Source: Alphaproteobacteria bacterium
GTDB lineage: Bacteria > Pseudomonadota > Alphaproteobacteria > GCA-2731375
Direction of reading: 5' to 3'
NCBI GenBank assembly: GCA_047518225.1
Contig: JAKZRK010000280.1
Span: forward strand, 1 to 24,000
DNA length: 24,000 bases
Below the pieces are notes generated by a model. The model was not told the DNA's origin. It made no database searches and saw only the letters and a list, made by a program, of their open reading frames with translations. A program made the position numbers and the translations under genes. This document shows, one piece after another, positions 1 to 8,694 of the stretch (its first letter is position 1; every line of letters begins with the position of its first letter).

Positions 1-256
1 CTCTTAGATAAAGCTCCACGTGATACATCTCCCCGCCTTCTGCTCGCTTCGAACAAAAAACGTCAAAATGGCGGAGTTTTAATCCGCGACAATCAGATTA
101 TCTGATCGCTTCCGTGGACCACTATTGCTCCGGGATTTACAGCCATTGACGGTCGGTGATAACAAAACGGTCTTCAAGCATGCAAACCTCCTGTAAAAGG
201 AAGCTTGAATCACATTTCGGGCGAAAAGGGAATCCTGAATCTCAACAGGCCCTAGT

Positions 257-1504
257 CTACCAGGCCACGTGCTTTTGGGCTTCGGCGCGGCCTACCACCA
301 TGTGATGCACCTCGTCGGGGCCATCGGCGAAGCGCAGGTGGCGCTGGTGGTGATACATGTCGGGCAGGGGCGACCAGTGCGAGATGCCCATGGCGCCGTG
401 CATCTGCATGGCCTGATCGATAATCAGGCAGACTTTCTCGGGCACCATGGCCTTCACGGCGCTGACGTAGACCCGGGCGTCTCTGTTACCCAGAACGTCC
501 ATGGCCTTGGCCGCTTGCAGAACCATCAGGCGCATGGCATCGATTTCGATGCGTGCCCGCGAAATGACCTCGAGGTTTTTGCCCAATTTCAGAATGGTTT
601 TGCCAAAGGCTTTGCGGCTGCCCGCACGCTTGACCATGAGCTCCAGCGCCTTTTCGGCCTGTCCGACGGAGCGCATGCAGTGATGAATGCGCCCCGGGCC
701 AAGACGAACCTGGGAAATCTCGAAGCCACGGCCTTCCCCCAGCAGGATGTTTTCTTCCGGCACGCGCACATTGTTGAAGCGAATGTGCATATGGCCGCGC
801 GGCGCATGGTCCTGGCCAAACACCTTCATGCCCTCCACCATCTCGACGCCAGGGGTGTCGATGGGCACCAGAATTTGCGACTGCTGCTTGGCGGGCGGGG
901 CATCGGGGGAGGTCTTGACCATGGTGATCATGATCTTGCAGCGCGGATCGCCGGCCCCGGAAATATAAAATTTCTCGCCGTTGATGACCCATTCGCCGTT
1001 CTCCAGCACGGCCGTGGTGGCGATGTTCTTCGCATCCGACGAGGCCACGCCCGGCTCGGTCATAGCATAGGCGGAGCGGATCTCGCCGTCCAGCAAGGGC
1101 CGCAGCCATTGTTCCTTTTGCTCAGGCGTGCCCACCCGCTCCAGCACTTCCATATTGCCGGTATCGGGCGCGCTGCAGTTCAGGCTCTCGGACGCCAGGG
1201 CGTATTTGCCCAGTTCGGCGGCGATATAGGCATAGTCGAGATTATTCAGGCCCTGGCCGGTCTCGGCATCCGGCAGGAAGAAATTCCACAGGCCGGCTTC
1301 CTTGGCTTTCGCCTTGGCGCCATTCAGCAGTTCCAGTTGCCGGGGATGCCAGGTCCAGCGGTCTTCCTTGCCTTCATTAAGCTCGAAGAACTCTTCGGTA
1401 ATGGGCGCCACGTTCTCGTCGATGTGCTTTTTCAGCGCATACAACAGGGGGCGCGCCTCATCTGACATCGCCAGATTGAATAATTCCTGATCGGATTCCG
1501 TCAT
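257..1504 (-). CDS. Acyl-CoA dehydrogenase family protein (FadE / ACAD10-11-like)
   Basis: Translation of ORF 257..1519 carries acyl-CoA dehydrogenase hallmarks: YAMTEPGVASSDA, WVINGEKFYISGAG and the C-terminal RFADGPDEVH. The start is ambiguous. ATG 1519 has no Shine-Dalgarno sequence. ATG 1504 (MTESDQ...) has GAGG 9 nt upstream. ATG 1468 is also possible. Confidence 0.85.
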   Translation of the reverse strand: MTESDQELFNLAMSDEARPLLYALKKHIDENVAPITEEFFELNEGKEDRWTWHPRQLELLNGAKAKAKEAGLWNFFLPDAETGQGLNNLDYAYIAAELGKYALASESLNCSAPDTGNMEVLERVGTPEQKEQWLRPLLDGEIRSAYAMTEPGVASSDAKNIATTAVLENGEWVINGEKFYISGAGDPRCKIMITMVKTSPDAPPAKQQSQILVPIDTPGVEMVEGMKVFGQDHAPRGHMHIRFNNVRVPEENILLGEGRGFEISQVRLGPGRIHHCMRSVGQAEKALELMVKRAGSRKAFGKTILKLGKNLEVISRARIEIDAMRLMVLQAAKAMDVLGNRDARVYVSAVKAMVPEKVCLIIDQAMQMHGAMGISHWSPLPDMYHHQRHLRFADGPDEVHHMVVGRAEAQKHVAW

Positions 1505-1605
1505 GTTTTGCGGCCTCATGATAATAGTTTCAACGCCCGCGTATCCTGTGATCGCGGCCCGTTATTGTCAACGTTCATCACCGCTCCTGGGTGCGGTCAC
1601 GCTGT

Positions 1606-2268
1606 TTAGGGCGCGGGCTCCATTGGCGGCAGTTTGAGGATTTCGGTAAAGGTTTCGCCGGCGGCGATGCGGCGGTCCCATTCGGCCTCCGCCGTCAGGG
1701 TCGTTCGGCAGACCGCCAGCACGGCGGCCATTTGCCCACGGGGCACGATGGTGATGCCGTCATCATCGCCGATCACCAGATCGCCGGTCTTGACCAACAC
1801 CCCGCCGCAACTGATGGGGCCGCCTACATCGCCAGTTTCGGCGAAGTTGGGACCCGCGGGCGTTACGGCGCGGGTGAAGCAGGGAATGCCACAGTCACGG
1901 ATCTCGGCCAGATCGCGGATGGCGCCGTCGATCACCAGACCGGCCATGCCCTGTCGCATGGCCTTGTTGGTCATATTGCCGCCCAGGACGGCGTTTTGGG
2001 CATAACCGCCCGCATCGACCATCAATACATCGCCGGGCCTGGCCAGGGAGAGGGCATGCAGCAGGGGCGTGATACCGCCCGCAATGGCGCGCACGGTCAG
2101 GGCCTGGCCCAACATTACATATCCCGCGCTGATGGGCCGAATAGCCGCGTCCAGGGTTTTCGCCCTGTTCATGGCGTCGGAGGCGATGGGGCTGCGGATA
2201 TGGGCCCAGGGGGCCAGCGCCTTTTTACTCAGGCGGCGTTTCGGCAAGGCGTGCAGATAGACCGTCAT
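1606..2268 (-). CDS. RraA-family protein (4-hydroxy-4-methyl-2-oxoglutarate aldolase / oxaloacetate decarboxylase-like)
   Basis: The 220-aa ORF contains GQALTVRA, GDVLMVDAGG and LGGNMTNKAMRQGMAGLVIDGAIRD, which are typical of the RraA / dimethylmenaquinone-methyltransferase-like fold. Its ATG at 2268 lies 5 nt after the stop of the upstream dehydrogenase gene. Confidence 0.8.
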   Translation of the reverse strand: MTVYLHALPKRRLSKKALAPWAHIRSPIASDAMNRAKTLDAAIRPISAGYVMLGQALTVRAIAGGITPLLHALSLARPGDVLMVDAGGYAQNAVLGGNMTNKAMRQGMAGLVIDGAIRDLAEIRDCGIPCFTRAVTPAGPNFAETGDVGGPISCGGVLVKTGDLVIGDDDGITIVPRGQMAAVLAVCRTTLTAEAEWDRRIAAGETFTEILKLPPMEPAP

Positions 2269-2273
2269 GCCGC

Positions 2274-3524
2274 CTACATACCCAAAATACGCTTGGCGAC
2301 GATTTCGTGCTGCACTTCGTTGGAGCCGCCATAGATCGTCGCCTTGCGCTGGTTGAAATAACGCCCGGCGGTGGCGACCGCGTAATCCGGGCCCACGGGG
2401 GGCACATTGGCGCCATAATCCAGCACGCCCCGGTCAAAGGGATTGGCGTAATAGGCCGTGGCCTCGACCGCCAATTCGCCGACCTCCTGGGTCATGGTGG
2501 AGCCCTGGCATTTCAGGATCGAGGACGAGGCACCCACGCGCTGCCCCGCGCTGAGCGCGCTCAAGGTGCGCAGTTCGGTGTATTCCACCGCCCGCGCCGT
2601 CACTTCCAAGGCCGCCAGCTTGGCCGCGAAGGCCGGGTCATCGAGCAAGCGGGCGCCGTCGCTGCGTTCCTGCCTGGCGATCTCGCGGACCCGGGCCAGA
2701 GCGCCGTGCAGGCCGCCCGCATAGGCATTGCCGCGCTCGAACTCCAACAGATATTTCGCCACGGTCCAGCCGTCGTTCTCCTTGCCGATACGGTTGGCTT
2801 GCGGCACGCGCACATCGGCGAAGAAGACCTGGTTGACCTCCTGCTCCGGCGCCTCCGTTTGATCCAACAGCACGATCGGCTCCACCGTGATGCCCGGCGT
2901 GGTCATGTCCATCAGCAGGAAGGTGATGCCTTGCTGGCGCTTGCCCTCGGTTGAGGTGCGGACCAGACAGAAAATCATATCGGCCCGTTGCGCCATGGTG
3001 GTCCAGATTTTCGAGCCGTTGACGATGTAATCGTCGCCGTCGGGAATGGCGCGGGTCTGCAGCGAGGCCAGATCGGAGCCCGACCCGGGTTCGGAATAAC
3101 CCTGACACCACCAGACATTGGATTGCAGGATATCGGGCAGGTATTTCTGTTTCTGTTCCTCGGTGCCGAATTCCATGATCACCGGGGCCACCATTTTCAG
3201 GCCAAAGGCCAGGGGGCGCAGGGTGCCGGCGCGCAGCATTTCGGTCTCATAGATATACTTTTGCGTCGCGTTCCAGCCCGGCCCGCCATGTTCCACCGGC
3301 CAGTTCGGCGCGATCCAGCCCTTTTTAAACAGCGCCCTTTGCCACGCCACCTGCTCGTCCTTGTCGATATAGCCGGTCATGGACTTGGCGGTCTTGGCCT
3401 TGATCTCCGCCGTGTGATTTTCCGCGATGAAAGCCCGGACCTCGTCACGAAAGGCCTCTTCCTCGGCCGAATAATGAATATCCACGTTGCCTGCTCTCTT
3501 GTTGCCATGCGCTTTTCCGGGCAT
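2274..3524 (-). CDS. Acyl-CoA dehydrogenase family protein
   Basis: The 416-aa ORF contains CQGYSEPGSGSDLASL, YIVNGSKIWTT and the C-terminal IYGGSNEVQHEIVAKRILG. GTG at 3485 is an alternative start and would give the N-terminus (M)DIHYSAEEEAFR, which is typical of this family. ATG 3524 has no obvious SD. Confidence 0.88.
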   Translation of the reverse strand: MPGKAHGNKRAGNVDIHYSAEEEAFRDEVRAFIAENHTAEIKAKTAKSMTGYIDKDEQVAWQRALFKKGWIAPNWPVEHGGPGWNATQKYIYETEMLRAGTLRPLAFGLKMVAPVIMEFGTEEQKQKYLPDILQSNVWWCQGYSEPGSGSDLASLQTRAIPDGDDYIVNGSKIWTTMAQRADMIFCLVRTSTEGKRQQGITFLLMDMTTPGITVEPIVLLDQTEAPEQEVNQVFFADVRVPQANRIGKENDGWTVAKYLLEFERGNAYAGGLHGALARVREIARQERSDGARLLDDPAFAAKLAALEVTARAVEYTELRTLSALSAGQRVGASSSILKCQGSTMTQEVGELAVEATAYYANPFDRGVLDYGANVPPVGPDYAVATAGRYFNQRKATIYGGSNEVQHEIVAKRILGM

Positions 3525-3551
3525 CTTTATAGCGCATTGGATACCGCCTTG

Positions 3552-4433
3552 TCAGTGTTTGCGCGCGCCCAATACGGTTTCGCGATAGGTGATATAGGCG
3601 CCACAGGCGACGATTATGGCGCTGCCGAGCCAGGTCCAGGCATCGGGGAATTCGCCGAAGATAAAGAAACCCAGCACCACCGCGCCGACCAACTGGCCAT
3701 AGGTGAAGGGCGAGACGGCGGAAACCTCGGCCCATTGAAAGGCCTTGACCACGAACAAATGCCCCAAGCCCCCGAACAGCCCCATGGCCGCGAACAGCAG
3801 CCAATCAAGCTGCACCGTGGCCCCTGGCGTCTGCCAATAGAAGGGCCCCACCAGCGAGGTCAAAATAACCCCAAAGACAGCCGTATAGGTAATCGTGGTG
3901 GCGGCGCTGTCCTGGCCCGCCAGACGCCGGGTCATGATCTGAAAAATGGAATAGAACGCCGCACTGCCCACCACCAACAGCTCCGCGCCATGAAAGCCGG
4001 CGCCCCCCGGCCGGATGATGATCAGGGCGCCCATGAAGCCGACCGCAATGGCGCTCCAGCGGCGCGGACCCACTTTCTCGCCCAGAAAGGGTACCGACAG
4101 GGCGGTGACGATAAAGGGCGAGGTAAAGGAGATGGCGGCGGCGGTGGTCAGAGGCAGATAGCTCAAGGCCAGGAAATAACAGGTGGTGGAGGCCAACAGC
4201 AGCAACGAGCGCACCGCTTGCGCACCCAGGTTCCGGGTGCGGAATAGCCCCAGCCCATGGAAGGGCAGGTAGATCAACAGCATCAGGCCGAAATGGCCCA
4301 AGTAACGCACCCAGATGACCTGCTGAATGACATAATCGGCACCCAATACCTTGACCGCCGCGTTCAGGAAAGGAAACAGGGTCACCGCCAAACACATAAA
4401 GGCAATACCGCGCGCGGTGTTGTTCGCTATCAT
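3552..4433 (-). CDS. EamA/DMT-superfamily transporter
   Basis: The 293-aa protein is highly hydrophobic, with about ten predicted membrane spans arranged as two EamA-like halves. The organisation around FTSPFIVTALSVPFLGEK and SPFTYGQLVGAVVLGFFIFGE matches that family. Confidence 0.85.
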   Translation of the reverse strand: MIANNTARGIAFMCLAVTLFPFLNAAVKVLGADYVIQQVIWVRYLGHFGLMLLIYLPFHGLGLFRTRNLGAQAVRSLLLLASTTCYFLALSYLPLTTAAAISFTSPFIVTALSVPFLGEKVGPRRWSAIAVGFMGALIIIRPGGAGFHGAELLVVGSAAFYSIFQIMTRRLAGQDSAATTITYTAVFGVILTSLVGPFYWQTPGATVQLDWLLFAAMGLFGGLGHLFVVKAFQWAEVSAVSPFTYGQLVGAVVLGFFIFGEFPDAWTWLGSAIIVACGAYITYRETVLGARKH

Positions 4434-4517
4434 TCAGGATGAGCAATCATTTTAGAGGGGCTTTATCGAACTGGAGGCCAGCAGCATATAGCATCCACCG
4501 CCCCGGGGCAGGGCATT

Positions 4518-5429
4518 CTAGCCGCCGATGTGATGTTCGATGGGCGGCAGGCCGTTGATGTAGCGGGCGATGGCGCGGCGGTCGGCGTCGGTGAGGAATT
4601 TGAAGCTATCCCGCACCGCTTCTCCCATTACGCCATCGGCCGTTTCCCAATCGGGCTTGGTGCCGGTTTTCAGGAAAAAACTCAATTGCTCGAGGGTCCA
4701 GCCAAGGCCCGAGGCGGGCGCCGGCGTGATGTTGGGGGCGGCATCGCCCCCGGGGCCATCCTTGGTGCCGGCCATCCAGAATTTCCGCTCCACGGCGCCG
4801 GCGAAATTCCGCGGGCTGTGGCATTCGCCGCAATGGGCCATGGCGTTGACCAGATAAGCGCCCCGGTTCCATTCGTCGTCCTGCCCGGCGTCGGGCACGA
4901 AGTCGCCTGCGTCAAAGAACAGCACGTTCCAGAACCGCATGGGCCAGCGCCAGCCGAAGGGCGGGCCGACCTGGTGCGCCCTGTTCTTCTTGACAACCGG
5001 CGGCAGGGAAAACAGATAGGCCTTGATGGACAGGGCATCCCCGTTCCGCATCAAGGTATAGGAAGTGTAGGGAAAGACCGGAAAGTAGTGAGAGCCGTCC
5101 GGCCTGCGTCCCTTTTTCAGGGCGCGCAGAAAATCTTCGTCGCTCCAATCGCCGATGCCGGTGGTTTTGTCGGCAGTGATATTGGGGCTGTAGTAGGTGC
5201 CAAACGGGGTCTTCAGTCCGCGGCCGCCCGCGAACGGTTCGCCCTTGCCCGCGGCGTCCGTATGGCAACTGACGCAACCGGCGGCGCGGACGGCGTATTC
5301 ACCGCGTTTTACAAGATCATCGGCGCCCCCCGCCGCGGCAGAGACAGAAATGGCAAGCAAGACAGCCAACAAGGCACCGCCCGCGCGCGCGCCATCGGCA
5401 ACGCCGGACCATGCCTTATGTTCAACCAT
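4518..5429 (-). CDS. Diheme c-type cytochrome (resembles the cytochrome c subunits of membrane dehydrogenases)
   Basis: There are two CXXCH heme-binding motifs, CVSCH and CGECH. The N-terminal hydrophobic segment ALLAVLLAISVSAAAGG looks like a signal peptide or membrane anchor. ATG 5429 is the only start codon available in the open frame. Confidence 0.85.
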   Translation of the reverse strand: MVEHKAWSGVADGARAGGALLAVLLAISVSAAAGGADDLVKRGEYAVRAAGCVSCHTDAAGKGEPFAGGRGLKTPFGTYYSPNITADKTTGIGDWSDEDFLRALKKGRRPDGSHYFPVFPYTSYTLMRNGDALSIKAYLFSLPPVVKKNRAHQVGPPFGWRWPMRFWNVLFFDAGDFVPDAGQDDEWNRGAYLVNAMAHCGECHSPRNFAGAVERKFWMAGTKDGPGGDAAPNITPAPASGLGWTLEQLSFFLKTGTKPDWETADGVMGEAVRDSFKFLTDADRRAIARYINGLPPIEHHIGG

Positions 5430-5452
5430 ATGCGGCGAAAAATGCGCCGCGT
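5430..5452 (-). promoter_or_regulatory. Intercistronic stem-loop between the two cytochrome c genes
   Basis: On the minus strand the sequence is ACGCGGCG CATTTTT CGCCGCAT, followed directly by ATG 5429. GCGGCG (5432-5437) and CGCCGC (5445-5450) form a perfect 6-bp core, which extends to 8 bp with one G-U pair. The hairpin occupies the position where an SD would be expected. Confidence 0.25.
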
Positions 5453-5460
5453 CCGAACGG

Positions 5461-5877
5461 CTATTTCATCTTCTTCCGCCGTTCAGCATCACGACCGTTG
5501 TAATGGCAGGCGTTGCAGGCTTGCATGACACCGCTCAGCGCCCGCGCCACGTCCTGCTCCTCGCCGGCCTTTGCGGCGGCGACCAGCTTGGTGGCGGCCG
5601 CGGCAACCTTGGCGTGACCTTTACGCACCGACGCGGGCAGCCGTTCGATTTTCGAAATGTAGGTCTCGCGGCCCTGCAATTCCCCTGCGATCTTCGCAGC
5701 CCGTTTCATATCGAACACCATCATCGCTGCGGTGATGCTTTGAATGTCGTTGAGACCACCAACCATCGCCCCCCACACGGCTTTCGGCGCGTGCTTTTTC
5801 TGGGCCAAGGCGCCGCCGCCGAAACCAAGCGTTGCGCTGAGCAAGACGGCCACTGACAGCAAAATTATTTTCTTCAT
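5461..5877 (-). CDS. Class II cytochrome c (cytochrome c-prime / c-556 family), secreted
   Basis: The protein has a signal peptide, MKKIILLSVAVLLSATLGFGGGALA. It is about 115 aa when mature, looks helical, and has a single CXXCH (CNACH) close to the C-terminus, which is diagnostic of class II cytochromes c. I trimmed the 172-aa ORF to ATG 5877, which has GGGAAAG upstream. Confidence 0.75.
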   Translation of the reverse strand: MKKIILLSVAVLLSATLGFGGGALAQKKHAPKAVWGAMVGGLNDIQSITAAMMVFDMKRAAKIAGELQGRETYISKIERLPASVRKGHAKVAAAATKLVAAAKAGEEQDVARALSGVMQACNACHYNGRDAERRKKMK

Positions 5878-6142
5878 TTGAGCTTTCCCTGTTGATCCTC
5901 TGGCGTTGCATTCGCCTGCGCCAATATCGTTGTAATCGTGAACCGGCTTCCCGTTCACCGCGCCGACAGCAATTTCCATTCTGTCCTAACGGCCGGCGGC
6001 AGGCAACAGCCCGGCCCCGGTTTGGGTCCAATTAACTGTCCCTGCGACATTCCATGCCGGGGCCGATCTTGTTACAGTGCGGCGGGTCTGGGCACTTCAT
6101 AAACGCATGGATCAAATACTCGTGACTGGGAAGGGCGAACCG

Positions 6143-7381
6143 ATGTTTCAGGAACTAATAGCCCGCAGGGGCAGGCACCCGAATATCTCGTGGCGGGGGC
6201 GCTACGCCGATGCCTGCATCGAATTGCGCAGCGATGGGGACAGCCAGTTCCTCCACCTGGACGGGGACGGCATCCGGCTCGACGCCGCGAGGCCCGGGCG
6301 CCCCGTCACCCTGTGCCTGGATGCCAGCGCGGCGGACTGGCGCGAACTGCTGGGGGCGGCGCCCCGGCCCGGCCTGCAATCGCTGTCCGCCATGCGCCGC
6401 ACCGGCCATCTGCGCGTGTCCGGCGATCTGCTCGCCTATTATCAAAATCTGCTGGCCCTGGAATTGCTGTTTTCCCTTAGCCGCGCACGGCCTGAAAAAG
6501 CCCCGCCCGCAGCCGCCAAACCGCTGATCGAACCCATCGTGGGCCGTTACCTGAACCTGGACTTTCAGGGCCGGCCCCACCGCATCTATTTCGAGGAGGC
6601 GGGCCAGGGCATCCCCCTGATCTGCCTGCATACCGCGGGCTCCGATGGCCGCCAGTACCGGGAGATTTTGAACGATCCGGAGATCACCGCCAACTACCGC
6701 GTGGTGGTGTTCGACCTGCCCTGGCACGGCAAATCCTCGCCCCCCGCCGGTTTTCAGGACGAGGTCTATGAACTGACCACGGATGGCTACGTGGCCATGG
6801 TCATGGCGGTGAAGGCGGCGTTGGGCCTGGACAACCCCGTGGTCATGGGCTGTTCCATCGGCGGGCGGGCGGTGCTGCATCTGGCCCTGCGCCACGGCAA
6901 GGAGCTGCGCGCGGTGATCGGCCTGCAATCGGCGCTGTATGCGGAAAACAAGATCGATGGCGAGCCCGAGGGCATGCGCCCCATCCACCGCCCCGACGTC
7001 CATGGCCCGGAAATCTCGGGCGCACTGATGGTCGGCGTGATCGCGCCCCAGTCCCCCGCCGCCGATTGCTGGGAGACACTGTGGCATTACATGCAGGGCG
7101 GGCCGGGCGTCTTCATGGGCGATCTGAACTATTATTTCACCGACGGCGACATGCGCAACGGCATGGCGGGGGGCATCGATACCATCGCATGCCCGGTCTA
7201 TCTGCTGACCGGGGAATACGACACCTCGGCCACCCCGGAATTGAGCCGCCAGTTGGCCGAGGAAATCAACGCCACCGAATTCCAGGTGATGAAGGGCATG
7301 GGGCATTTCCCCATGTCGGAAAACCCCGACGCCTTTCGCGGCTACTTGCTGCCCATGCTGGAAAAAATCTCCGCCCTGTAA
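6143..7381 (+). CDS. Alpha/beta-fold hydrolase with an extra N-terminal domain of about 125 aa (SCP2-like?)
   Basis: The C-terminal approx. 280 aa contain a nucleophile elbow (GCSIGG), an LLTGEYD acid motif and a GMGHFPMSENP histidine motif. The N-terminal domain is of unknown function. I chose ATG 6143, preceded by GGGAAGGG, over GTG 6077. Confidence 0.8.
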   Translation: MFQELIARRGRHPNISWRGRYADACIELRSDGDSQFLHLDGDGIRLDAARPGRPVTLCLDASAADWRELLGAAPRPGLQSLSAMRRTGHLRVSGDLLAYYQNLLALELLFSLSRARPEKAPPAAAKPLIEPIVGRYLNLDFQGRPHRIYFEEAGQGIPLICLHTAGSDGRQYREILNDPEITANYRVVVFDLPWHGKSSPPAGFQDEVYELTTDGYVAMVMAVKAALGLDNPVVMGCSIGGRAVLHLALRHGKELRAVIGLQSALYAENKIDGEPEGMRPIHRPDVHGPEISGALMVGVIAPQSPAADCWETLWHYMQGGPGVFMGDLNYYFTDGDMRNGMAGGIDTIACPVYLLTGEYDTSATPELSRQLAEEINATEFQVMKGMGHFPMSENPDAFRGYLLPMLEKISAL

Positions 7382-7426
7382 GTATTTGTCCCCATAAATA
7401 CCCTCTACGCGCCGAGGAGTCAGCGA

Positions 7427-8671
7427 ATGACGGCGATTGAAGCAAGGGAATACTCGGCGGCCATGGATCAAGCCGACCCCCTGGCCGCTATCCGGGATAA
7501 ATTCGATCTGCCCGATGGGGTGATCTATCTGGACGGCAATTCCCTGGGCCCCCTGCCAAGGGGCGTGGCCGAGCGGCTTCAGGAGGTGGTGGCCCGGGAA
7601 TGGGGCCGGGATTTGATCCAATCGTGGAACCGCCATGGCTGGATCGATCTGGCGCAACGGGTCGGCGACCGCATCGCGCCCCTGATCGGGGCCGGGCCGG
7701 GCGAGGTAATAGTGGGCGATTCCACCTCCATCAATCTGTTCAAGCTGATGGCCGCCGCCCTGGAATTGCGCCCCGGACGCCGGGTGATCGTCAGCCAGGC
7801 GGGCAACTTCCCCACCGATCTTTACCTGGCCGAGGGGCTCATCCACCTCGCCGGGGCGGGGCATGAATTGCGCCTGGTGAAAGGCGACGATGTGCTGGGC
7901 GCCATTGATGAAAGCACCGCCCTGGTATCGCTGACCCAGGTCGATTACCGCAGCGGCCATGTCCAGGACCTGGCCGCCGTTACCGCCCGCGCCCACGACG
8001 CCGGTGCCCTGATGTTATGGGATCTATCCCATAGCGCCGGCGCCCTGGCCGTGGATTTGAATGAAGCGAAGGCCGATCTTGCCGTAGGTTGCAGCTATAA
8101 ATACTTGAACGGCGGACCCGGTGCGCCGGCCTATCTGTTCGTGGCCCGGCATCTGCAAGATCGGGTCCGCCAGCCCCTGTCGGGCTGGCTGGGCCATGCC
8201 GACCCCTTTGCCTTCGAACAGCATTACCGGCCCGCGCCGGGCATCCTGCGCCAGCAATGCGGCACCCCGTCCATTCTGGCCATGAGCGCCCTGGACGCCG
8301 CGCTGGCGGTTTTCGACGCCGTGGACATGGCCGCCGTACGGGCCAAATCCCTGGCCCTGACCGATCATTTCATACAATTGATGGAACGGCATTGCGGCGC
8401 CTTTGGCTTTACCCTGGCCACGCCAAGGGATCACGGCCGGCGCGGCAGCCAGGTTTCCTGGCAGCATGAAATGGGCTACCCCATCATGCAGGCCTTGATC
8501 GCCGAGGGCCTGATCGGCGACTTCCGCAGCCCGGATATCCTGCGGTTTGGCTTCGCGCCCCTGTACCTGCGGTTCGTGGATGTCTGGGATGCGGTCATGG
8601 TGATCGAACGGGTCATGGCGCAGCGCCGCTGGGACCGCCTGGAATTTCACCGACGCGCGGCGGTAACCTGA
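7427..8671 (+). CDS. kynU: Kynureninase
   Basis: The ORF contains YLDGNSLGP, the PLP-lysine region [14 protein letters not shown], and [11 protein letters not shown], and its length of 414 aa fits. GAGGAG lies upstream of the ATG. Confidence 0.93.
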   Translation: MTAIEAREYSAAMDQADPLAAIRDKFDLPDGVIYLDGNSLGPLPRGVAERLQEVVAREWGRDLIQSWNRHGWIDLAQRVGDRIAPLIGAGPGEVIVGDSTSINLFKLMAAALELRPGRRVIVSQAGNFPTDLYLAEGLIHLAGAGHELRLVKGDDVLGAIDESTALVSLTQVDYRSGHVQDLAAVTARAHDAGALMLWDLSHSAGALAVDLNEAKADLAVGCSYKYLNGGPGAPAYLFVARHLQDRVRQPLSGWLGHADPFAFEQHYRPAPGILRQQCGTPSILAMSALDAALAVFDAVDMAAVRAKSLALTDHFIQLMERHCGAFGFTLATPRDHGRRGSQVSWQHEMGYPIMQALIAEGLIGDFRSPDILRFGFAPLYLRFVDVWDAVMVIERVMAQRRWDRLEFHRRAAVT

Positions 8672-8694
8672 ACAAAAGAGGGAATAGCAAGGCA

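Noticed and set aside
44-60. A TTCGAA-containing stretch (GCTCGCTTCGAACAAAAAA) that superficially resembles a tRNA T-loop.
   Set aside because: No complementary 5-bp T-stem, acceptor stem or other cloverleaf arms can be drawn around it.
4500-4509. The palindrome GCCCCGGGGC downstream of the diheme cytochrome gene, considered as a possible terminator.
   Set aside because: It has no loop and no T tract, so it cannot form a productive intrinsic-terminator hairpin.
5939-5959. The inverted repeat GTGAAC-N9-GTTCAC, 62 nt upstream of the class II cytochrome c start, considered as a possible operator.
   Set aside because: It is a single occurrence, matches no regulator consensus I can name (it is not an FNR/CRP TTGAT-N4-ATCAA box), and has no regulator gene nearby. 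I noted it but do not call it.
6155-7996. A 613-aa ORF on the minus strand. Other long antisense ORFs are similar: 269-1465 (+), 2988-4247 (+), 13048-13782 (-), 14433-15176 (-), 16956-17741 (-), 19883-20977 (-) and 22219-23124 (-).
   Set aside because: They lie antisense to genes with clear family motifs. Their translations are low-complexity and rich in Arg, Gly, Ala and Pro, with no recognisable domains. This is the usual pattern of stop-codon-poor shadow frames in GC-rich DNA.
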